A stretch of DNA of 32,000 bases from Candidatus Kuenenia stuttgartensis (lineage in GTDB: Bacteria > Planctomycetota > Brocadiia > Brocadiales > Brocadiaceae): positions 3,120,001 to 3,152,000 of the forward strand of contig NZ_LT934425.1 of assembly GCF_900232105.1 (NCBI RefSeq), given 5' to 3'. Made by a program: the position numbers and the translations under genes. Shown one piece after another: positions 1-9,202 of this stretch; the stretch's first letter is position 1; each line of letters begins with the position of its first letter. The notes beneath the pieces were generated by a model. It ran no database searches. It saw only the letters and a list, made by a program, of their open reading frames with translations, and was not told the DNA's origin.

Positions 1-1779
1 CAAGGCAGAATACATTGCAACAAAGAAGGCAACGCCTATCTGACAATCAATATTTGTATTTAGTAAGTCTACACCTTCCACATGAAAATCTGTTGTATCT
101 ATATCTCTTCCAATTCCGAACTCAACTTTATGGCTTTTAAGATAATCAAAAGCCCTTGATAGGGAGTCTTTCATCGACTTGCTCAGTCCTCCTGAACTTT
201 TTAGCTTTCCCGTACCGGCCGATATACCTACCTCTATTCGATAGAGTGCTGCTCTACCATCAGTGCCGACAAATGTCGTATATGCGCTTCCCGGTGGTAA
301 CGGATCTGTGGAGATAAGATCACGTCCCCCTTCTTCTGGAACACCGACAAACCGCTCTTCCCGTATCTCCTGATCGATATATGAAAAGCTGGTATGGCTA
401 TACTCATAAGAGAGCATTTTCTTCAATTGCTCTTTTACCCGACGCCTGCATTCCAATGCAATTTTCAGGTACTCTTCTAATTCTTCTTTAATGAATTCCC
501 CGTTAGGGTGTAGCAGTTTAAGAAAGCCTGATACTGTCTTTCGTACAGCTTTGGAATCTCTGGCATTAAGGTGGGTTCCCAGAGCGAAGTATTTATCAAC
601 GGATTCTGTGAAATTCGCCTTGCGGAGTTCTCTGAACGCTTCAGCGAGGTAATCAACCACAAAGCCATAGTGATCAGTGAACATCTCCGCGGACATCTTT
701 GCTATTTCCCACCCTGGAAGATAGAAATGCAATCTATCTATTAAGGCCGGATCTTTGAGTCCGTCAGGAAATGGTTGAAATAGATGGCTCGATTTGACTA
801 GAATGTCAACTGGCTGATTAATGTTTCCTAACATACAAACACTTGCTTTTGCAGATATCTCTTCCCGGCCACGACTGAAAGAGCCAGATTCAAGATAATC
901 CTTCATGATATCCACGACATAGTTATCATCAAGGTTAATCCCGCCTACCTCATCAAACGCAACCACATCCCAAAGTCCTACCAACCCAACCTTTCTGGTG
1001 CTCATGTTGTAAAACATGTTTGCTACCGTTGTTTTTCCGCCACTAATTAAAATGGCATAGGGTGTTGTCTCTCTGTATACAAAGGACTTCCCTGTACCTC
1101 GTGGCCCTAATTCAACAAAATTATAGTTTGTTTCGACCATCGGGATGAGTCTTGATAAGTAGAGCCGCTTAATACGTTTGTCCATTCCCGCTGGTTCCAG
1201 GCCTATAGAACGAATCAGAAGATCAATCCATTCTTCTGTTGTGAACCCGGAACGCCCAGCCAGATACTCATTGTGATCATACGAAGCAAGCTGAATCGGA
1301 TTAATTTTCGTTATCCAGAAAGGACTTCTTTTACCCCTCTGTTCCTCATCGTAGCGATAAATCATTTCAACCTGTGCCCAGATACCGCCTTCAAGAAGCC
1401 GTTCATATTGTTTTACAAAGTTATCTGGAATATGGATTTGAGTATTGCTGAAATTCACAAGCTCTGCCCAGTATTTATCCTCGCTGGCGAGAAGCCGGAC
1501 TTTTACCTTATCAATGAAGGTGTAGCTCCCCTTCTCTTTTACCCATGATTGTGCCTTATTAGCTTCATCTGGATTAATGAAGTTTTTTGCCAGAGTATTA
1601 TTAACCAGGCGTAGCCCTGACTCAATTGCCTGTGTGTCGTCTGTTGCGCAGTATTTTCCCAGCAAAAACTCAAGCACATAGACAGGCACATTCGCGCCAA
1701 CCTTCACCTTCCTTACGAGGTCTTTGCGAACAACTTTACCTCCAAAAAACTCATTTGTTTTTTTGTCAAGGATTGCCAT
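1..1779 (-). CDS. brxL: BREX Lon-like ATPase BrxL, C-terminus truncated by the window edge
   Basis: Own translation from ATG at 1779: MAILDKKTNEFFGGKVVRKDLVRKVKVGANVPVYVLEFLLGKYCATDD... matches the BrxL N-terminus as I remember it. P-loop ELGPRGTGKS, Walker-B-like VVAFDEV, Lon-like tail ...HVEGVDLLNTNIDCQIGVAFFVAMYSAL. Open to base 1, so it is absent from the ORF track. GAGGGA RBS about 7 nt upstream; 11 nt after the pglZ stop. Confidence 0.9.
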   Translation of the reverse strand, partial: MAILDKKTNEFFGGKVVRKDLVRKVKVGANVPVYVLEFLLGKYCATDDTQAIESGLRLVNNTLAKNFINPDEANKAQSWVKEKGSYTFIDKVKVRLLASEDKYWAELVNFSNTQIHIPDNFVKQYERLLEGGIWAQVEMIYRYDEEQRGKRSPFWITKINPIQLASYDHNEYLAGRSGFTTEEWIDLLIRSIGLEPAGMDKRIKRLYLSRLIPMVETNYNFVELGPRGTGKSFVYRETTPYAILISGGKTTVANMFYNMSTRKVGLVGLWDVVAFDEVGGINLDDNYVVDIMKDYLESGSFSRGREEISAKASVCMLGNINQPVDILVKSSHLFQPFPDGLKDPALIDRLHFYLPGWEIAKMSAEMFTDHYGFVVDYLAEAFRELRKANFTESVDKYFALGTHLNARDSKAVRKTVSGFLKLLHPNGEFIKEELEEYLKIALECRRRVKEQLKKMLSYEYSHTSFSYIDQEIREERFVGVPEEGGRDLISTDPLPPGSAYTTFVGTDGRAALYRIEVGISAGTGKLKSSGGLSKSMKDSLSRAFDYLKSHKVEFGIGRDIDTTDFHVEGVDLLNTNIDCQIGVAFFVAMYSAL

Positions 1780-1790
1780 GTGTATTCCCT

Positions 1791-4349
1791 CTAAATAATT
1801 AGGTTGACTACTATATTTTCTAGCCGCGCAAGTTCCACCAATGTTTCAGCATCCACTAAAACCAAATATAGAACATTCTGAGCAGGTTCTCCCGTAAGCA
1901 TTATTGTCACGAGGTTTGGTTTGTTCTGTTCCAAAATGATGTCCTTTGTTCCATCTTCGTATCCATATACTGCATGAACTGCCTCACCTACATCATTCTT
2001 GCCAGATTTTACCGCCACTCGTACCCGTTTCTTTGTTTCCGAAGTTCCCAGAAGTTTCCGTTTAGCAGGCGATTTCCAAACAAGCTGTACAGAGAAAAGC
2101 CTGTTCGTGATTTTTGCTTTTTCCAAAATTATCTTGATTTCTGGCGCCGTTGGTAACGGTACAACTTCAGTTTTAGTGATTTTGATGATTGGAACAACCA
2201 TCTCTTGTAACGATATTCCGCCATGGAAATACGGATTCTCTGGTCCTTTAACCATAAAACATGCGATTCTACGTGGGAATACCAAATCGTAATTGCCAGA
2301 GAGTCCAACATCGCTTTCTTTAAAACGTATATACGCATTACTTGCCTGTCCGCCATTCCCAATCCATGCTCTACGATGAAGTGCGAGTTCTTCTCCGCCT
2401 GGTTTCTGTATCTTATTGCTTGGTTCGATTTCGTCTAGAAATATATAACCATGATCAGCAGTAACTATAAAGGTATCAACACCCAGTACCGATAAATTCA
2501 CTATGGCTCTGCGAATCTGCTCTAAAATGTCCTGCATGGTTCGATGTGCCAGCGTTGTATTCCCCCGTTCACATATCTCATCGATTTCCTGTGAAGTAAC
2601 CAATATAAAATTGCTTGCGGCAATCTGATCTTTAAGTTTTTTACGTGGTTTCTGAAGCGCCTCAATTTTTACCTCAACAACTTGTCCTTTTAAGTTTTTT
2701 GTCAGATAGTTTACTCTATCCTGCCGCGTAGTAATTATAGTATCACCGCACCTAACCGCCAATTTACCTTTGTTCTCCAGAATAGCAAAGTTTTCTTCTG
2801 CACCGGGGAGAAGGGATGCCATTCCCATTTCCGTAATTCCTGGGATTGTTGCGATAGCCGGTTTCAATTCGCTGTGAAAATCTGGCCCAAATCCCGATAC
2901 AAGTTCCGCGGCCATTTCATAGCGCAGTGCATCTACCCAGATATATGCTATCTTATGCTTACCAACTAGTGGCTTAACTTCCCTGCTAAAAGTATCGCGT
3001 TGAAGTTGAAAACCAAAGCCAAATTCCGGGAATTCTGAATCCTGTAAAAATTCTGCCAGATCACCAGCCATGTTTGTATAAAATTGCCGTGCTTTGGCAA
3101 TGACCTTTTCAATTGGGCTGTTTTCGTCCGAGAGATCTATATTATATCGCTCATATCTATGTTCCAGTTCACGATGAAACCTATCCAACTCATACCATGG
3201 TAAAGTAGTTCTGCAATAATTCTTAATCAAGTCTTTGGGTAAATATTTTTTACCTTTAAGTTCTTTTTTTATATCCCCGGTTTTGATACAAATACTAACG
3301 ACGGTCTCCAGGATACTCCATTTCAACATAAGCGTTTCTTCGGTACGCGGCCAAAATGAATCTTTTTGCGCATCAACTAATTGAGTAGCTTGAAGTAAAG
3401 CATTTTCTAAAATGAGTTTACAAGCCCAATCTATTAGCTTGCTTTCTGTTGATAAAAATGTCTGGGATTTGACAAGCTTTTCAGGTGGGATAGAGAATGC
3501 CGCAACATTGCATTTCTGATCAACCATCTTTGACACGTCAACATAAGAATCCTTATGCTCAATATCGCTTCGCCATCGCTGGGCAAGTTTTGATGTATTT
3601 TGCTTATGCGATTCCAGTGAAGGAATGTCCATTTGTGATATTACTGATGGAATGCCATCATCATCAATGTTGTTTACTAAATCTCCTAGCAATACATACC
3701 GAACGAACCTTTCCCTGGTCTTGTCAGGAATCTTATCTGTCGTGTCAAAGCCGAATGAGTTTTTGAGAATTGCCTGAAGTTCCTGTATTGCGTTTTTTTT
3801 GACGATATTGTCATCAATTTCCGGTTTTGTTAGAAATAGGTAAGCAATCTCTACCGGATCAATACTTCCGAAGATCAATTTTACCGTTCCTGATCCAATC
3901 TCAGCTCCATGTTCAGCGATACCCTCTACATCATCATAGGTCAGACTACCGGATGCAATCTGTTTGCAGATATTTTCTGCTGCATCTGGCATTATGGGCT
4001 TAAGCACTGCACGTGCTACAACCTCAAGGCGGGTATTCTGATTTATAGACGGATGACCCGGCTCAAGCACACAGCCGGCTTTCTCTATTTCTATAAGGGC
4101 GTTGTCAGTCTCGCTCCTTTCTTTCGCGACATAAACCAGTATTTTTGGTGGTGTTATTCCATCAAGCATCGGTTCTAACTGGTATTTGAGTTCAAAGAAG
4201 CTATCGTTAAAGTTGAACAGTTTTGCACCAGTGTTGAGTGTTTTAACGATCCCCTGATAGTGTTTCTCCGGATCATACCATACCACTATTCCGAAATCCT
4301 TCACCTGCTTTGTTATGAGTTCTTGAAGGTAATCGGTAATCTTACCCAT
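1791..4349 (-). CDS. pglZ: BREX alkaline-phosphatase-fold protein PglZ
   Basis: 852-aa track ORF. PglZ-type motifs AYIWVDALRYEM and FIVTADHGYIF. Positioned between brxC and brxL. Confidence 0.92.
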   Translation of the reverse strand: MGKITDYLQELITKQVKDFGIVVWYDPEKHYQGIVKTLNTGAKLFNFNDSFFELKYQLEPMLDGITPPKILVYVAKERSETDNALIEIEKAGCVLEPGHPSINQNTRLEVVARAVLKPIMPDAAENICKQIASGSLTYDDVEGIAEHGAEIGSGTVKLIFGSIDPVEIAYLFLTKPEIDDNIVKKNAIQELQAILKNSFGFDTTDKIPDKTRERFVRYVLLGDLVNNIDDDGIPSVISQMDIPSLESHKQNTSKLAQRWRSDIEHKDSYVDVSKMVDQKCNVAAFSIPPEKLVKSQTFLSTESKLIDWACKLILENALLQATQLVDAQKDSFWPRTEETLMLKWSILETVVSICIKTGDIKKELKGKKYLPKDLIKNYCRTTLPWYELDRFHRELEHRYERYNIDLSDENSPIEKVIAKARQFYTNMAGDLAEFLQDSEFPEFGFGFQLQRDTFSREVKPLVGKHKIAYIWVDALRYEMAAELVSGFGPDFHSELKPAIATIPGITEMGMASLLPGAEENFAILENKGKLAVRCGDTIITTRQDRVNYLTKNLKGQVVEVKIEALQKPRKKLKDQIAASNFILVTSQEIDEICERGNTTLAHRTMQDILEQIRRAIVNLSVLGVDTFIVTADHGYIFLDEIEPSNKIQKPGGEELALHRRAWIGNGGQASNAYIRFKESDVGLSGNYDLVFPRRIACFMVKGPENPYFHGGISLQEMVVPIIKITKTEVVPLPTAPEIKIILEKAKITNRLFSVQLVWKSPAKRKLLGTSETKKRVRVAVKSGKNDVGEAVHAVYGYEDGTKDIILEQNKPNLVTIMLTGEPAQNVLYLVLVDAETLVELARLENIVVNLII

Positions 4350-4364
4350 GGCGTTACCTCCATT

Positions 4365-7300
4365 TTATTGGAACGATATTTTGTATCCTTCGGCCAGCAT
4401 TTTCATCATCTTTTCCTTAAGTTTTTGCAATGCAATTTCAACGTCTTCTTCTTTCTCAATATATCCTGATATAATTTCGGACGCCCGCAGATATTCGATT
4501 TTGCCAGAATCGGTAAGTTTCTCTATCTGTCGGGCAGCATTATCCTTCATACCCTGAATTGCAAGCAGGTCAGAATCCATCTGATCAATTGTTGCCCTGC
4601 ATTTTTCACAAGCGCAGGTATCTTTGAGCATCGCTTTCTCGCAACAACGTTCGATAAAGGGTGCCAACAATATATTTTGCTCTTCCTCACTCAGGAGAGC
4701 AAAATTAACATGCCCTTTGACAGATTCGATTGCCTTTTCAACCCTTTCTTTGCGATGATCATGCTTCTCGCTATAAGCTTTTATGTATACTGCATAGATC
4801 CCCTGCGTATTTAATCTGATAGCTTCAAGTTTATCATAGAAGTTTTCCGAATTGAGTGCAATTCTAAGCGCTTCTGCCTTCTCATAAACTTCACCATCCA
4901 GTCCCAATTTTTCCAACATTGGTATTATTGTGGAGAGAGCAGCTTTGGCATTTTGGACGTTTTTCATATCTTCATCAGACATGACATCTGCAAGACGGCG
5001 TATTTTCTCTCTTAATTCCTTGTAGGACATGCCCTCCCCGGCAAGTATCTTTACGCAGTCGTCAATGTCACTGTTCAATACACTGTCTATAGTCTGCCTG
5101 AATTCGCTCAGTGTATCTTTAACCGGAAGCCCAAGAGCACTGACCTGAACCTGAAGCGGCAGGAGTATTTCTTTGTCATCTTTTGCTAACTCCTTAAATG
5201 CGGATGCGATTGCTTCTTCTTCGATGTTTACTTCATTTCCGGTTATTTCCTCATAGTGCTTTGCTGCATCTGCACGCATTTTAAGATCAAGCGTTTCGCG
5301 GGGTGCAAACGTCGCTGACTTGAATGCGCGATTGCTGATAAACGGTAATCGTGCATCAGGGTCACTATATCCCCTGTGCCTTACAGCCTGATGGGTTACC
5401 TCAATGGCGCCTCCACGAAAAAGCACTGCAAGCACCAGACGGAGAATGTCGCCTTCCCAGCCATAATCAAATCCCCGAAAATGCTCTTCCAATGAATTTC
5501 CTGTGACCTTAGTACCATACGAGTGTTCATTTTTAATATAGTTGAGAATCTCCTGCGCAATTTCAGCGTTTATGTTCGGTTGATATTTGTTATCGTGTTT
5601 TACCACGAGATTAAGCCCGTCGTCTTTATCATAAAAGATAGATGGCAGTCCTTTTAGATTAGCCGCGGTCAGTATCTTTTCAGGTTCATCTCCCTTAATT
5701 TTCCGGGTACCCATTTCCAATTTTGGGTAGAGTTCCGGCACTGCGGCATCCAACATCCCTGTAATTATTTCTGAGATGGAATTTCCCAACTCGCTTCCAT
5801 CTTTTTCTACACCTCTGAATAACCCGGAGCCTGATTCTATAACTTTTGTGATTTTACTCCGTAAATCCTGATGGATGCGGTTTTCCCGCTGTTTCTCATC
5901 CTCCAAACATGCACTTTGCTCCGGAGAAATTTGATTGTGTGCGCGAATCCTGGAGTAAGTAGCGATCATCTCATTAGACCTGTACTTCTCCTCGATAAGG
6001 CGATAGATATCCTCATTTACCGAAAACACCCAAAATATTTCGTTGTTGTGTGAATCTTGCCGGCTTTGCACACGCAACTGCTGGTTTTTCTCTTTGAAAT
6101 CGTTTTCGTTGTCTGCGATATAGATTGATAACGGTATATCCCCCTCTTCGACTTTCTCGCCGTCTATAAAGAGGCCTACCCTGAAAGTCCTCATGCCCTT
6201 GTAGCTGTATGTGCGGGTCTTTGGGGCGCTGAATATTTCCTTTATACTCTCCTGCTTAATGATGTTCCTCTGTTTTGGTTTTGGAGATAAACTTGCCCGC
6301 TCTGTGTCCCAGTTTTTCTCCTGGACTGTGAGCAGTTTGTAGCCTTCCTCTGATGCCCTTATTATTTGCGCCTTCTCCAGTTCTGTGATAGCGTCCTTTA
6401 CGTCACTCAGAATGGACCCTGAATTAACCGAAGGATGCAAAACAACAGCGATGTTGTGCGCTGTTCTGGGTAGGTTTTTTACTGCTTCCAGGAGTGTAAT
6501 AGCTTTGGTTACCTTAAGTGCCATCTCGTTGTTGTGGATGTGCCTGGCAACACTGTCCACTTCCCGGGTTACTTCCACAGGCAAAAGGCTTCCTGCGTAG
6601 AGTAGCTCATACACCTTGTCCAGAGTCACCAGATTACCTATCTCCTGATCAGCGAGATTTGTCCTTGGATGGATAAGCATTTCCTGTGCTTGCTTTATAA
6701 TTGTTCGGTTACTGCCGCCTATATGCTTCTGTGCCCCGCGTTTTTGTCTGAGTCCTGCGACTATGTCAATACACAGCTCTATTTGATAGGGTAAATACGG
6801 ATAGAGGTTAATAAAATCTTCTTTTGTAATAGTAGTGTTCCTGCTTGTACGTTCCAGCTTGCAATAGGTCTTGAGATGCCCCTCATTTTTGTCAAATAAC
6901 TCACAGAGACTCTCATATCCTTTATCTTTCTTTTCAAGGACGCGTTTTGCTGTAACTTCCTGGATATTGGATTGCTTAAGGTCTATTGGAATGGGGAATC
7001 GGTCTTGCAGACGTGCAAGCTCAATAATCCTCCCCCCCATTGCATCCACGACCTCATTCAGCTTCTCCTGTGATGTTACCACGATCCAACACGGTGCGAC
7101 AATTTGCTTCGCCTTAAACCTGTTTTTGCTTTCCCTGCCAAATGCCTGTACCACTGCCTGTAGATCCAACATCTTCTGGACACTTCGGGATACATACTGT
7201 CCTACTTCATCAATAATAAATACCAATCCAGCGCCGGGTTTGCGTTTGGCCATAAGCTCAAAGGCACGCTCCGCGAGTTTATTGGGTGTGATGTCAGCCC

Positions 7301-8027
7301 TGCCGATGAAGTTTCCGGAATCTTTCTTTATCCCAAGAGAATTTGACCAGCTATCTTCCCGTGGGAAGACGTTCGGCATCATCTTGTACAGGATAGCGCT
7401 GGCCTCAGAGATTCCCATTGCCATATCCCGTTCCTCTTCCCATGTAGCCGGGCTATACTCTTTGTTGAAGAGAGAGACGAATTCCTTAAGTCTGCCTTTG
7501 GCTTCCAGGGTGATTTCAAGCTCCGCCAGATCAAAATCCTCGGCATATCCCAATTCTCTCAGCAGGGCTTTATACATTATTTCCGTGATCTGCTCATTGG
7601 CGGTGCGTACGCCGCGGTCCATGGCGACGTCAAAGATTATGGCGTGAATTGTGAAGCGGGAGTTGATGTTCTGGAGAAAATTGGTGATTTGCTTATCCTG
7701 GACGTTCTCTATAAACCATTGGGAAGCACTCTGTGTTATGATTTTGCGGTTTGCCAGTGTGTAGCCAAGTATCTTGGCAAAGGATGATTTACCAGAACCG
7801 AAAAACCCTGACACCCAGATACCAATACCTTCATGTGGTTCTGAAGGGTATTCAGCAACAGCATTGTACACCTGGCAGAAATGGTCTTTGATGTCCGGGG
7901 TTGCCACGTATTCCTGTATTTCATTTTTAACAGTTCCCTCGTCATGCTGGTCTACCTTTATTACCTCTTCTATCTTACGATAAATATCTTTCCGAAACAG
8001 GTCTTTAATTATTTGCATAGCTATCAT
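4365..8027 (-). CDS. brxC: BREX P-loop ATPase BrxC/PglY
   Basis: 1220-aa track ORF. Walker A GFFGSGKSSFAK, Walker B LVFIIDEVGQY; size typical of BrxC. Alternative start at 8018 (MQIIKDLF) is possible. Confidence 0.9.
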   Translation of the reverse strand: MIAMQIIKDLFRKDIYRKIEEVIKVDQHDEGTVKNEIQEYVATPDIKDHFCQVYNAVAEYPSEPHEGIGIWVSGFFGSGKSSFAKILGYTLANRKIITQSASQWFIENVQDKQITNFLQNINSRFTIHAIIFDVAMDRGVRTANEQITEIMYKALLRELGYAEDFDLAELEITLEAKGRLKEFVSLFNKEYSPATWEEERDMAMGISEASAILYKMMPNVFPREDSWSNSLGIKKDSGNFIGRADITPNKLAERAFELMAKRKPGAGLVFIIDEVGQYVSRSVQKMLDLQAVVQAFGRESKNRFKAKQIVAPCWIVVTSQEKLNEVVDAMGGRIIELARLQDRFPIPIDLKQSNIQEVTAKRVLEKKDKGYESLCELFDKNEGHLKTYCKLERTSRNTTITKEDFINLYPYLPYQIELCIDIVAGLRQKRGAQKHIGGSNRTIIKQAQEMLIHPRTNLADQEIGNLVTLDKVYELLYAGSLLPVEVTREVDSVARHIHNNEMALKVTKAITLLEAVKNLPRTAHNIAVVLHPSVNSGSILSDVKDAITELEKAQIIRASEEGYKLLTVQEKNWDTERASLSPKPKQRNIIKQESIKEIFSAPKTRTYSYKGMRTFRVGLFIDGEKVEEGDIPLSIYIADNENDFKEKNQQLRVQSRQDSHNNEIFWVFSVNEDIYRLIEEKYRSNEMIATYSRIRAHNQISPEQSACLEDEKQRENRIHQDLRSKITKVIESGSGLFRGVEKDGSELGNSISEIITGMLDAAVPELYPKLEMGTRKIKGDEPEKILTAANLKGLPSIFYDKDDGLNLVVKHDNKYQPNINAEIAQEILNYIKNEHSYGTKVTGNSLEEHFRGFDYGWEGDILRLVLAVLFRGGAIEVTHQAVRHRGYSDPDARLPFISNRAFKSATFAPRETLDLKMRADAAKHYEEITGNEVNIEEEAIASAFKELAKDDKEILLPLQVQVSALGLPVKDTLSEFRQTIDSVLNSDIDDCVKILAGEGMSYKELREKIRRLADVMSDEDMKNVQNAKAALSTIIPMLEKLGLDGEVYEKAEALRIALNSENFYDKLEAIRLNTQGIYAVYIKAYSEKHDHRKERVEKAIESVKGHVNFALLSEEEQNILLAPFIERCCEKAMLKDTCACEKCRATIDQMDSDLLAIQGMKDNAARQIEKLTDSGKIEYLRASEIISGYIEKEEDVEIALQKLKEKMMKMLAEGYKISFQ

Positions 8028-8041
8028 GCCTTTATATTAAA

Positions 8042-8419
8042 TTACTTTGCAAAGGATCTTACTATCTCGTTTATGACTTCTGTAATATCTACATTTTTGG
8101 AAGGTAAAACTTCATTTTGAATATGCTTGTGATGTGGATAGGTTTCAATTTCTGTATAATGTTCTGCATTATCATATCTAAAAATTAATTTCTTGTCATG
8201 AGCCTGATAATGATAGGAATAAGCCAGTCTTTTTAAAGCGGGGATAGCAATAAAGTACTCTTTAAAATGCAGTTCACTTTTATCAGCAAATATAATCTCT
8301 CCTTTGACATACAATGCAGCATCGCCTCTATTTTCCGACTGAACATTGGTAAGGAGTTTAAACGGCACATTACTGAGAAATTTATCCAATTGAGCAAGAT
8401 ACTCTTTTATGACTGACAT
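8042..8419 (-). CDS. DUF6516-like small protein (family labelled TumE toxin-like by some pipelines); candidate toxin/effector embedded in BREX
   Basis: 125-aa track ORF. C-terminal motif FRYDNAEHYTEIETYPHHKHIQ fits my recollection of the DUF6516 'RyDNapHH...PHHKH' signature. 13-nt overlap with the upstream 99-aa gene; 14 nt upstream of brxC. About 28-35% GC on sampled lines versus about 43% on one sampled brxC line. Family call is from memory, not searched. Confidence 0.6.
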   Translation of the reverse strand: MSVIKEYLAQLDKFLSNVPFKLLTNVQSENRGDAALYVKGEIIFADKSELHFKEYFIAIPALKRLAYSYHYQAHDKKLIFRYDNAEHYTEIETYPHHKHIQNEVLPSKNVDITEVINEIVRSFAK

Positions 8420-8706
8420 ATCTCAATGTTTTCAATTATTGACAATTTCTGTTTAAGTTCATTTACAAGTTTTTCTTCTGCCCACCAGTTAAAAGTATCA
8501 TCATCCTCTTCAATTTCCCTATTTCTGAACTTTTCAATGAAGACACTCGTAGAAATTCCGTATTTCTCTTCATATTTTTTTGTTTTTGATAAGGACATTT
8601 CAATGGCAAATTTTATTCTTCTTTTTTCCTCTTCCAGCCCTCCGGCCAGAAGTTCCTTAATTGTTTCTGCTTCACCTGAAATACTTTTTACATTTAAAGT
8701 AACCAT
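8407..8706 (-). CDS. Small acidic protein, candidate antitoxin/partner of the DUF6516-like protein
   Basis: 99-aa track ORF, translationally coupled (stop 8407-8409 overlaps the downstream ATG at 8419-8417). Helical, Glu/Lys-rich, ...KYEEKYGISTSVFIEKFRNREIEEDDDTFNWW... No family recognised with certainty. Confidence 0.5.
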   Translation of the reverse strand: MVTLNVKSISGEAETIKELLAGGLEEEKRRIKFAIEMSLSKTKKYEEKYGISTSVFIEKFRNREIEEDDDTFNWWAEEKLVNELKQKLSIIENIEICQS

Positions 8707-8793
8707 ATCATATTCACCTCTAAATAATTTTCATTTATTCACTACAATTCATTGGCTCCTGCATGGCAGGACAATAAATGCACAACTAAAAAC

Positions 8794-8828
8794 AGTCACA
8801 AATATGTCATTTGTGACTATCTATTATA
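8794..8828 (-). promoter_or_regulatory. -10-like TATAAT followed by a 10-5-10 inverted repeat (possible autoregulatory operator) upstream of the small-gene pair
   Basis: Minus strand reads ...CATTATAATAGAT AGTCACAAAT GACAT ATTTGTGACT. TATAAT = 8828..8823; perfect 10-bp arms at 8794-8818. The -35 is weak (TTACAC-like). Lies 88 bp upstream of the 99-aa start, downstream of the MITE. Confidence 0.3.
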
Positions 8829-8884
8829 ATGTTTTCTATAAAAATTTGTGTAAGAAATGGAGAAGAGAGAGAATAAAAGTTTTT

Positions 8885-9142
8885 GTAACGCTTTAGTTTT
8901 TTGTTTTTTGAAAAATCCAAGGGGACATAAAAAACAATGTAGCCCCGTTAGGGGCGATCTGTTTGTAGCACAATAAAATTCAATAGGGTAAATAGCTCCG
9001 TAGGAGCGGCCTGTATATGATTGACAGGAAAACAGGTCGCTCCTGACGGAGCTAATATCTGTTATGGCTCCTATCTTGCTACAAACAGGTTGTTCCTACG
9101 GAGTTTATAGGTAATACCTTTTTCAAAAGACTAAAGTGTTAC
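8885..9142. mobile_element. 258-bp MITE-like non-autonomous element inside the BREX operon
   Basis: Termini GTAACGCTTTAGTTTTTTG(TTTTTT)GAAAAA / TTTTTCAAAAGACTAAAGTGTTAC (inverted). Perfect 8-bp direct repeat AAGTTTTT at 8877-8884 and 9143-9150. Interior consists of nested small hairpins (AGCCCCGTTAGGGGCG, AGCTCCGTAGGAGCG, CGCTCCTGACGGAGCT). Confidence 0.75.
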
Positions 9143-9202
9143 AAGTTTTTTGATATTTGTTTTTTCCCCCTTTTCCCCTACTTCACCATTCCCCACTTTT
9201 TA

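Noticed and set aside
6871-7647. 258-aa plus-strand ORF (and many other 60-140-aa ORFs) antisense to brxC, pglZ, pglX, GH57 and others
   Set aside because: These are shadow ORFs lying wholly inside long, motif-rich genes on the other strand. They are Ser/Leu/Arg-rich and low-complexity, with no RBS or recognisable motif.
9143-9202. Purine/G-run tract after the pglX stop (GTGGGGAATGGTGAAGTAGGGGAAAAGGGGGAAAAAA on the minus strand) as a G-quadruplex
   Set aside because: Only three runs of three or more G, plus one GG. This is insufficient for a confident G4 call. It is more simply a spacer next to the MITE insertion site.
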